A stretch of DNA of 64,000 bases from Paraspadella gotoi. Taxonomy: Eukaryota; Animalia; Chaetognatha. The stretch covers positions 19,330,625 through 19,394,624 of the forward strand of contig CM119263.1 of assembly GCA_051294375.1 (NCBI GenBank), read 5' to 3'. This document shows positions 25,894 to 38,463 of this stretch, in pieces. The notes under the pieces were generated by a model. That model was not told the DNA's origin. It made no database searches and worked only from the letters and a program-made list of their open reading frames with translations. Within the stretch, counting starts at the first letter, position 1. The number at the start of each line of letters is the position of its first letter. A program made the translations under genes and the position numbers.

Positions 25894-26120
25894 NNNNNNN
25901 NNNNNNNNNNNNNNNNNNNNNNNNNNNNNNNNNNNNNNNNNNNNNNNNNNNNNNNNNNNNNNNNNNNNNNNNNNNNNNNNNNNNNNNNNNNNNNNNNNNN
26001 NNNNNNNNNNNNNNNNNNNNNNNNNNNNNNNNNNNNNNNNNNNNNNNNNNNNNNNNNNNNNNNNNNNNNNNNNNNNNNNNNNNNNNNNNNNNNNNNNNNN
26101 NNNNNNNNNNNNNNNNNNNN
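25894..26120. other. Assembly gap (smaller N-runs near 9948, 11775 and 44434)
   Basis: Runs of N. Confidence 0.99.
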
Positions 26121-26435
26121 NAAACTAAAAATATGAGTTTTTGACTAGTCAATTTAAGATATAAAAAAAAATTTTCAAACCATCTTTGAATTCAAATCTC
26201 AAGACAAAACTCAAAATGGTCAAAAATGAACATAATTTTTTTATGAAAAGTCGAAAAAATTATAATGATTCTGGATTATAAAATGCGGGAGATGATTTCA
26301 ATCAATCAGTGATCCAGCCCAGTTTGTGTTTGGGTTCAAATTCAATCAATTTTGTAAGTAATAATCAAGCAGTATTGGAAAAAAATGCTTTTTTTTTCTG
26401 AATTCGTCGATCAAAAATTCAAAATCACTGCCTCT

Positions 26436-26595
26436 GACAGCTTAGTAGTCGTTCCCCAACTGAGTTCCGGGTTCAATCCCTTGTCGGTCACGCTGGTTAA
26501 GTGATGATGATGGTGATGCTAAGCACGCAAGTGACATAGGGTGGTCACTGGTCACTGCAGATCCACAGCCCAAAGCTGGACGTTAGAATACAAGA
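26436..26595 (+). mobile_element. Possible tRNA-derived SINE
   Basis: GC-richer island beginning gacagcttagtagt..., B-box GGGTTCAATCCC at about 26469, body ending ggacgttagaatacaa. No full cloverleaf. Confidence 0.45.
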
Positions 26596-27015
26596 TTAGT
26601 TCGATTTTCATGCCAAATCTAATATTATGCAAGAAAACAAATTGCGTGTCTGGTATTTCCAACAGGTCCTCTTGTTATGTTTTATATTTTTGTAGATGAA
26701 ATTCGTGAGGTTTCTATTTTTTTAATTTAAACCTATTGCTATTAATAAACTTAAAAAATAAAAACAAATCCGAATTAGATTTTCGCATTTATATTGTAAC
26801 GGTGTAATTTTTTTGTTTATTTCTTCTATACACTGTATACATTTTTTTTGGAATACAATATCTTGGATATCGAAGATTAAATTAACTAACATACCCGTGT
26901 TAAATAGTAACATTTAAATATTTTAAAAATTTGAATCTATAGATTTGCCTTTGCAATTGTCAACTTGAAAGTTATTGATTTATGAGGTTTGCATCGTTTC
27001 AATTCGCCTTTGCGC

Positions 27016-29830
<2,815 letters not shown>

Positions 29831-29888
29831 TTATTTCAAAAACGAATAAAAATTCTGGATAACTACTGCACTGTAGAAAAGCTTTCTT

Positions 29889-29925
29889 GTAAACTTGTTT
29901 GACGTTTCCATGGAATTGTTTATTT
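29889..29925. promoter_or_regulatory. Imperfect RFX X-box plus forkhead-like sites upstream of alpha-tubulin
   Basis: GTTTCCATGGAATT at 29904-29917, about 85 bp upstream of the ATG, flanked by GTAAAC and TGTTTATT. Confidence 0.4.
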
Positions 29926-31234
29926 ACTAAAAACTTAATGCGATCGAGAGCGATTTACTTAAATTCATACCTACAACACTAACGTTTTCATCCCAAACAG
30001 ATAAATAATATTATATTTAAATATTTAACACAAAATATTTTAACAAATATATGAAATCTAAATAATAGTTATTTTAAATAGATAGTGAAACAAGTAATTT
30101 TGCAACTTTCACAAAACTAACTTGTGCCTTTGCCCGTCTTTCCTTCTTTTTTGCTCTTAGTCAAGGCTACTGCAGCTATCTCACTTTCCAGTCTGTAAAT
30201 ATTAATTAATTAAATATTAATTTAAAAATAAAAACATAATATAAAAGATTTAATATAATTTACGAAAGAAAAAAAAATAGGGTATCCACTATCCAGTGGC
30301 TTCGCCAATATATGGACTTAAACTTCACTGTTACTGCGGCATTAAAACAATATTTTTGCTCGAATCATTTTTTTAAACTGGCATCATTTTCTCAACTTGC
30401 TTTATTTTTTAAACTTGCATAAATAAAAAGGCAAACAATAGTTTCATCGAATCTAATTAGCGCACAATGATTTTTTTCGATCATTCAATCAATAAAACAA
30501 AACGAGAAGCATCTTAGGTCGCCTTTTTCGGCGCCAGTAATTGTATTTGTGTTCTTTTAATTGTTGACATAAAACAAAAAGTTAGTTTTTCCCCCTCCCC
30601 CCAGGCCAGCTTGTCAAAGAACTTGTTTCCTACAAGCCTTCACAGAGATGGGACCAAAAAATCAAACTAAATAAAATTATTATTATAGCTAAATTATTAA
30701 AACTCCATACATTAAAGTAAAAATATTTCTTTCTTATAAATTTTAACAAAATAATATTTTTAAAAATTTAATAATTACAGAAAAAACGGTCATAAATTTA
30801 GCTATCATATACGAGTAAAAATTTAAATTATTTTACTAACAAATCTTGATCAACATGGATAACTGAATTCAGAACCTCATCTCGGTACACAGATTTTCAT
30901 ATCAAAAACATCGAAAAACGGACGCAAAATAATATAAACACGTTAAAATAACGCAACAGGAGATAACGGGTTTAAAGTTACCAAGATGAAATTTAGCGTC
31001 CAAATAATCAAACATCTACAGTAGTCTGAAAAACGAATGGACCAGGGGCATAAACGATAAGAGGGCATACGATAAATTTTAAAATTAGGAGGTTTTAAAA
31101 TCTTTACCCGAATCTAAGAATTGTTTCTTAGTTAATTAAACAATGAGAGCGTAATACCTCTTGAGCGTTCCACCCCGACGCGAAATTTCTCTTACTCCAA
31201 AAAAACAACGAAAAACTAAGACGTGAAAAGAACT

Positions 31235-33998
31235 TCACTCCATTTTGTTATTGTAAGCATCGAGTTGGGCATCCAATTCTTCGGCGGTCATGGTCGGTTT
31301 GTCGTTGCGGCCCACACGGCCTCGTGGAGCACCGCCGCCTCTGCCCCCATTGCGCATTCTGTTTCCGTCGGCACCGCCGGTACGCAGACGGCCGCCGTCA
31401 CCGCCGGCATTTCGGCGAGCCAAAGGCGGTTGGCGTAGCGGCGCTCCACCGTTCAACCGTTGACTGAGAAGTCGGGCAACGTCTTCGACCTGACGAGGGA
31501 AAAGATAATTAGTCACTTATCTTATAATTTTTCATTTAGATAAATAACTAATACCAGTTGACAAGTCCGACGCTTCTAGAGTCTCGATTCAAAGGAACCA
31601 ATACGAAATAATTAGCGTACCTGTCCAGTGGCGAGTTGAATTTCCATCGGTTTGCCGTCAAGCGGCACTCCGTGGTACTGATTCATTGCTTTCTTGGCGT
31701 CACTGGCTACGTAGAAGACAACGTCCGCCGTTCCAAGAGACCGTCCCGACCTGAAAGAGCAAGACAAATGTTGATAAGTTATAAGCCATTATAGCATAGT
31801 GATGACAATGAAAAACAAAGAAGCTCATCTGACAACAGCAACAACAAGGCGACAACGATTGTGTCAATCATGAATTCACCACTAGACCGTTAAGTGGGTC
31901 AATGTAAGTAATAATACTATCTAGGAAAAACGTATATCACATAATTGAATTGATAGCTGAGAATAGATTTGGTCTTTGCATACCAGAAAAAAAAATTGTA
32001 ACTTAATAGAAATAATTCATTATGAATAAATTAAGTTTCAATTGTTTTCTTCTGGTATGCAAAGACCGAATCTATTCTCAGCTATCAATTGAATCTAATC
32101 CTGCCAGAATCATAACTTATTGATGCGATGATAGTCATTCATTGAAGAATAACAATTTAGAAAAGGCGTTTGAATTGTTTACAACGATTTTATTTTCATT
32201 TAAGAAACGTACATGTTTCGGCTCTATTTGCCAGCCTTCATCAGCGTTAAAATTGGGAACTTTGCCCTCTCTCTCTATCTCTTTCTCTCTCTCTCTCTCT
32301 CCCTTCTTTTGCACACATTTTCTCTGTAAAAATCAAATTCAATTTTAACGCTGATGAAGGCTCGCAAATAGAGCCGAAACATGTACGTTTCTTAAATGAA
32401 AATAAAATCGTTGCCTTTTCTTTTCACAACGAAAGAAAGTATTACACAATAATGTCTACTAATCAAAAAATAACAAATAAAAAAATATCAAATTTACATC
32501 TAATATATAATGACGTCCTTTTCTTTAAACAGCTTTCCCCGGTATGTATCCCTATCAGAATATACAATACTTTGTAGTCTTAACCCTCAACAATAACGAA
32601 TCATAAATAACCTTAATCCCATAAATTATTCTCTGCACCCCTTTTTGTTCAGACTTTTCGATATTTTAAAATTTTCAATAAATGACTTTTTAACAAGAAT
32701 GATGTCTAATATCTATTTTGATGCTAGTGCTGAGTACAATAAGTATTCCCCGATCTAATACTTAAGGAAGTAGTCTTTTCATACAATTGAAACATTCTTT
32801 GAAATATTATACCACTTCGTGGATAGGGAAGCCAGGTTCTCTGGGAGTAAATAAACGAGACTGAGAGAGTCTTGATTGAAAGCTTGCAGGGACCTGCTAT
32901 GTTATTATCTTGTAAGAGCGATGGAGGCCTTAAACCACCAAAGCCTGTCCAAAGTAAGGGGCAAGATAGCTTATTTATTAAATGAATGGATAATTTTTGT
33001 ATTGGTCGTACTAATTTCATCTAATTAAAAAACTAGGGCAGAAAGTAACTTAACTTTGTGTTGTATAGATGCTCCCTCTATTTCTAGAAGACAACACAAA
33101 CATCCCTCTCCCCATTACATTAAAAAAGAATATACATTATATAAAGAATATAATTAAGTCTAATATATAGTGAAATTTATAAAATTTTTACATTTATTTA
33201 AAAATTTTAATATAAAATTTTAAAATCTAATATTGTAAATCACGTAATCTTGCATTTTTTCATAATAATTTCGCCTAGTTATTCGCCTCAAGGGTATGCT
33301 AACCCGTCCTTTAAAACCACGAAAAGACCGTACCTGTCGTAGTGAACGGAGGCTGATTTGAGCTTCCCGAACTCGGAAAACAACTCCTGAATGTCGGTGT
33401 CGGAAACTCCGTAGTCGAGGTTTGATACGAGCAGCTTTCCAGCTAAAGATCGTTGAGCGTTGAGAGTGAGAGAGGGAAAGGGAGGCATGCGGAAAGAAGA
33501 AAGAGAAGCGGTCCGAGGAAGTCCGCGACATTGACCATACACGAAAACCTTTAGTCGAGTCACTAAACCATACTTGAGGCTAAACCGTCGGAAGCGAGCC
33601 CAATCCTGCTCCGCTTGGCGGGGGAAGGTCCGTCCTCGAACATGTCGTGCTCCCATTTTTCGTCAGGATTACCGGAAGACGGGCGAAAGGGAGCTGGACG
33701 TCGGAGAGCACCGCCTCCTAAAAAAATTATTAGGTGGTTGTTTATTTTAAGTAGAAATCACTATCTAATCTATATTTTATAATCAATCTTTAAGTTTTAA
33801 ACGAGAATACTTACCCCTCCGCCTCATCGGGCCGCCGCCACCGCCCCTGCCGATTCGACTACCACCCCGAGCACCACCACCGACCGCGCCGCCTCCACCT
33901 CCGCCGCCACCGCCTCTTCGTCCTCCACGACCACCTCTTCTACCGATGCCCTGCTTGGCGATGAAATCGTCAAGGCTCATATCGATGCTATCGCCCAT
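31235..33998 (-). CDS. ALYREF: ALY/REF (THO complex subunit 4) mRNA export adaptor, 5 exons
   Basis: N-terminal [12 protein letters not shown] tract, WEHDMF, RRM ([52 protein letters not shown]) and C-terminal [12 protein letters not shown]. Confidence 0.97.
31948..32090. mobile_element. Palindromic foldback (MITE-like) in an ALYREF intron
   Basis: aattgatagctgagaatagatttggtctttgcataccagaa ... ttctggtatgcaaagaccgaatctattctcagctatcaatt; arms of about 60 bp. Confidence 0.8.
32182..32450 (+). mobile_element. Non-autonomous Penelope-like element: inverted pair of about 75-bp repeats, each with a minimal hammerhead, plus a 3' tail
   Basis: Right arm AACG-CTGATGA-a-GGCTC gcaaata GAGCC-GAAA-C AT GTA-CGTT (32347-32389), then AATAAAATCGTTG and ACAACGAAAGAAAGTATTACACAA. 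The left arm 32182-32255 is its reverse complement with one stem II change. Confidence 0.8.
32790..32970. repeat. Dispersed repeat with a second, indel-rich copy at about 42400-42610
   Basis: Shared blocks atagggaagccagg, ataaacgagactga, gagagtctt, gcttgcagggacctgct and tatcttgtaagagcg. Confidence 0.75.
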
Positions 33999-34986
33999 TG
34001 TTTTTTTCTTTTATTCAAGTTAAATACAGTAAATTTGAAAATTTATAATAGCAGAAACCGAAGATAAGCCTTTTTAATTGTTTAAGATACTTTTTTTTAT
34101 TCTGTAGATGGTGGGAGCAAACGTACATATGAGTTTAAAAAGAATATGGAGTACAGGAGTAGGAATTGGAATAATTAAGTTTTGAAATAGCGTGTACCAT
34201 GAAACAATATGATGGGAAACGGGGAAGAGTTATCAGTATATTCTAACTGCGACTCGTAAAACTACGTAAATTACATACTATATAATATATATGCATCATT
34301 ATATCCACAAAAATCGACAGGCAATTCATCAACTAATCAATGTATCACAAGAAACGACGTAAACGAATTCGAAACACCGAGAAAAATGCGTCGATGTTAA
34401 GAAATGGTTTAGGTCTAGAGGTAATCAGGATACTGCAAATATCGTAAATACCGCAAATATCGCAAAATCGCAAAAAAATTGTGGATAGGTTAAAACGAAG
34501 GTACCGGTTATCACTATCAAAATATCACTAACGTCGTAAAAGCGGCGTGCTGAAATAAGCTTTTCATGAAATAAAATTCGGCTTATCACTTTTACTTTGT
34601 ACTTGAGGTCTGAGTATAGTAATATAAAAAATGGCTTAATAATGAGCATTGAGCAACTACTCCCGAAAACAATTTTTTCACAAAAATTGTAAATGTTCCT
34701 GAATTTTTAACTTAAAAAAGCCATGTTAGCGTGATAAATGTTCGAAATGTTTTTTTTATTTACGTGCAACTACGTCTGACTGCTGTATAGTGTATACCTT
34801 ACGATAATGTTTGGATAAAAGCACCGTAAAATAAAAGAATAAAAACATGAAGGGAATTATAGACAGAAAATAAATCACAAACTTTGTCAGCATCACAGCA
34901 AATTAACTGCACAAAATAAGAACTGTCGACCGACAGCAACAAGGAAGACACATGTCAATGCTAAATCAAGTGTCCGGGTAAATTGA

Positions 34987-37257
34987 CTACCCGACTGAAT
35001 TAAGTTTAGTTTTCGGGAAGTAAGAGGAAGGGGCTCCGGTCTGCTTGCTTTTTTCCGCTCTGAGTTCAGCGGAACCTACAAGTCCCAGAGAGTTAGGCGC
35101 CCGAGCGACAGAGACAACGTTGCGCTGGTTAATCTGGGGTCTGTTGGCGCCCCCAGAGTTAGTACCAGATCTAGCTTTAGCGTTATTGTTGGGTTTGGCA
35201 TCGACTTTAGAAGCCTGAAGATATTTGAAGTCAATTCCGCCCGCGACGTTGTTATTGATGACATCGCCATTTGTTTCCGCATCTACATTCTTGATTGATT
35301 CCACTTTTCCTGCGTTAGAAGGGGCGCTTCCTCCGACGCCAACGCTTTGAATCGGCAAAGGAGATTGCCCCGGCATAATTGAACCACCGCCAGGAAAGTA
35401 GGCGCTCTTCGAAAACGTAGCGGCGTATTGATTATGCGGAGCTGCAAGGGAATATGCAGCGCGGACAACAGTGGAAGGGATCACCGGTGGTGGTGGATAA
35501 GAAGAATAAGCGCCGCCAGCGGGCTGCGTAAAACCAGATTGCGAGGGAGTACTATGAGCGCCAACGTTCAACGGTGAATCGAAAGTTGGCAATGGGTGCA
35601 TCCCTGGCAGGATCGTATGCGTCGGGGCCAGGGGGTTAGTGATCTGGGACCGAGTCCCAATGGAGTGGAGTTGTTTTTCGGTGGCCTGCTTGTTTAACCA
35701 ACCAATGAGGTTCTCGTTTTTTTCTATTTGTTTCTGCGCGTCCTCAAGTTGCTTGCCTTTTTCCTCTGCCTTTTTCTTCGCTAATTCCGATTCCTCGGCC
35801 CGTTCCCTCATCTTCTCTACCAAAGATTCGCCCTCTTTCTTTGCTGCTTCTAATGCCTGCGTCTTTTCCTTTAATGACTTTTCCTGTTCCTGGGCAATTT
35901 GATTACGCAGTCGCAGTTTGGAGTCGGTATTTTTAAGGTTTGTCTGCAGACGTTGGATGATCTCGTTGCCCTTCTTGACTTCTTCCGAGAGAGATTTGAC
36001 ATATTTCTCAAGCTTCTTTTCCCTGGTTGCGGCAGCCAATGCTTCCTCCTCCAACTTCAACACCTTCTCCCGCTCTTCGGCCAACATATCGCCTCCACGC
36101 TCCACCACTTTCTCCTTGTCGGTGATTTCCTCTTCTAGTCGCGCCATTTTGTGCAGCAGAGCCGCATTTTCTTTTTCTTTGATTCGCAGTTCGCTTTCGA
36201 GGGCAGCGGAAGACTTGCGACTGTTCTCCAGCTCAGCGCGGTCACGCGCCCTATCATCCTCTACCGTCGTTAGCTTCGCCTTCAACTCCCTCAGTGAAGC
36301 TTCGTTAGCGTAACGGCGATCAGTGAGTTCGCGATTGGCAGCCTCCAGGTTCGTGGTTCTCGCCTCTAATTGATTCTTAATCCGAAGGAACTCGGCGTCC
36401 GAAGTCTTGCGCTCTGTTTCGAGTTTGGCCTGAAATTCTTCCCGCAGCCGCTCCATCTTTTCTTTTTCTGCGAAAAGGTCTCGCTGGAGGGAAGCAGTTG
36501 CAGAATTTTTCTCATCCTGAGATTTAAATTTAAGTTCTTCGAGCTCGACCGATTTAGCCGAGAGCCGCTCCTCCGCCGACCGTAGTCTGTCTGACAGATC
36601 CCGCTCTCTTCGCTCAAAAGATGTCGTTTCCACACTTAAAGTATCCCTTATATGGCGTAGCTTATTCGCCAAATGTTTCTTGACGTCGGTGTCGGTTCCA
36701 GCCACTAGCTTCAGAGACAAATGTTCCAGGTTCTTGAAGGGATTCGTCTCGATAATCTTGAGCATGGCATAGATGCCTCCAGCTAAAGCGGGGCCGGTAA
36801 GTGACGCCCGCTGAGGCGACAACAACTCAAGAACATATTTCGGCTGCGGTTTGTCTTCTTCGGAGGCGCAGAGTTGCAGCAAATCGATGAGCTTCTGTGG
36901 AAATGCACTGAAGTCAACCAGGAGGTCCTGCTGACTTTTCAACGTCTGGAAATCTTCTTCGCCTTTCCGACAAAATGAGCATTTTAGAAAAAAAAGTAAG
37001 CATGAATAATGTAAAGAATAATTTAAAGAATAACTAACAAAAAATTCTTTATCTGACGAATGAAACTTACCTAAGGTCAAGGTGTGAAGAAAAAACAGGT
37101 CATCGTCGTCGGTAAGTTGAAGGTGAAGTTCCCTCCTAGATTGAGCGACATGAAATTCGACCGCGATGTTAACGGCGCCTTTCCGATCCTCCAGCGACGA
37201 GGGCGACTTGAAGCGGACGACAAATGTTTTGGAGAAAAGTCGGTCAACAGACGCCAT
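34987..37257 (-). CDS. SASS6: Spindle assembly abnormal protein 6 (centriole cartwheel), probable single intron 37070-36963
   Basis: Head domain LQLTDDDDLFFLH..EEDFQTLKSQQDLLVDFSAFPQKLIDLL..IETNPFKNLEHLSLKL; long coiled coil with KGNEIIQRLQ and NENLIGWLNKQ; low-complexity tail. Confidence 0.96.
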   Translation of the reverse strand: MASVDRLFSKTFVVRFKSPSSLEDRKGAVNIAVEFHVAQSRRELHLQLTDDDDLFFLHTLTLGKFHSSDKEFFVSYSLNYSLHYSCLLFFLKCSFCRKGEEDFQTLKSQQDLLVDFSAFPQKLIDLLQLCASEEDKPQPKYVLELLSPQRASLTGPALAGGIYAMLKIIETNPFKNLEHLSLKLVAGTDTDVKKHLANKLRHIRDTLSVETTSFERRERDLSDRLRSAEERLSAKSVELEELKFKSQDEKNSATASLQRDLFAEKEKMERLREEFQAKLETERKTSDAEFLRIKNQLEARTTNLEAANRELTDRRYANEASLRELKAKLTTVEDDRARDRAELENSRKSSAALESELRIKEKENAALLHKMARLEEEITDKEKVVERGGDMLAEEREKVLKLEEEALAAATREKKLEKYVKSLSEEVKKGNEIIQRLQTNLKNTDSKLRLRNQIAQEQEKSLKEKTQALEAAKKEGESLVEKMRERAEESELAKKKAEEKGKQLEDAQKQIEKNENLIGWLNKQATEKQLHSIGTRSQITNPLAPTHTILPGMHPLPTFDSPLNVGAHSTPSQSGFTQPAGGAYSSYPPPPVIPSTVVRAAYSLAAPHNQYAATFSKSAYFPGGGSIMPGQSPLPIQSVGVGGSAPSNAGKVESIKNVDAETNGDVINNNVAGGIDFKYLQASKVDAKPNNNAKARSGTNSGGANRPQINQRNVVSVARAPNSLGLVGSAELRAEKSKQTGAPSSYFPKTKLNSVG

Positions 37258-37710
37258 TATCGTCAGGTCTCGATAAACGCCTTTACGTCTCGTCTACCGC
37301 ATCATCCACGTATGAAAGCATTTTTACAAATCTAATGAAAAACTGAAAAAATTAATCTCAAATAAATTCAACGATTGCAAATTAAGTATTGATTGATAAA
37401 AAAATAACTAGTCCGAGTAGAAACTGTCCCTCTCCGTTACGAAAATTCGCAACAATAAAAACAAATGAATAAAAACCAACAAATGTCGATTTAACAGCAA
37501 AGACCAAAACCTGGTCGACCACATTCTTACAAATCTAGTAGATTTAAATATTTAAAAAGAAATAAAAGGAATCGCAGTGATATTTTGTTTGTTGTACTCG
37601 AAAACCTTTTCTTTGGTAGGAGGAAGAGCAGGAAGAGCAGGAAGCGAAGGAAAAGCCAGGAAGAGGATGAACGGACAAGCCTTTCTTTCCCGCTTGCATG
37701 GAGACTCAAC

Positions 37711-37877
37711 GCGCATGCGCCGACTTATTCAAAATCACCCTTTTTATTGCGATTTTCTCGTACTTTCTCATATTTTTTTTGCGCATTTTGTCTAATTTCG
37801 CCCGGTGATTACTCTGTTAAAATTTCAGTTCGTGGTGTAAGAAGGTTGGTATAATCTATTAGTATTAAATGACGTCA
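37711..37877. promoter_or_regulatory. Probable bidirectional promoter between SAS-6 and UBAP2: NRF1 palindrome and CRE
   Basis: GCGCATGCGC at 37711-37720 and TGACGTCA at 37870-37877; putative UBAP2 5' UTR exon donor caag|gtaaac near 37938. Confidence 0.6.
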
Positions 37878-38463
37878 TGTAAGAAAGACTGCTGCCACCG
37901 CCATCTTCTCTGTGATTCTTTTGTCAACGAAAACCAAGGTAAACTTCCCGGTTATTCTTTTGTGAAAATTCTTATTTTTTTGAAGTTTACGGGTGGATAT
38001 TTCACTTTGTCAAGTTTTTTTATGCAGCAGATAATCGTGTTTGATCGTAATAAAATGCTTCTGAGCGATATCTGTGTAATTTTCACCGCTTTCTTTTTTA
38101 TAAATTGTTTACTTCGCACTCACATGGTCAGCTGATGTGAATTACGTCGAAAATTTTAATCATATTAGAATATCGGTATTATAATTGAAATAATTAGAGT
38201 TAAAAGAATATTTTTTGTAACTTGTAACTTTTGTATATTTCAAGTTATTTAGTCATTCATGCTGCGTCATTTTTTCTCGTTTAAATCTTCTCTGATCGAA
38301 ACTTTGCCGACGATAATGAGTCATCAGTATTTGCTTAAACTAAAACAGTTAAAACTAAAAAAGATTAGATGTATCGACACATTTATATCTCATATTTTTT
38401 TCCTTCGCAGATTTTTGTACATAGTTGTTTTGTAAATATTGTAAAGTTGGACGACAACAGCAG

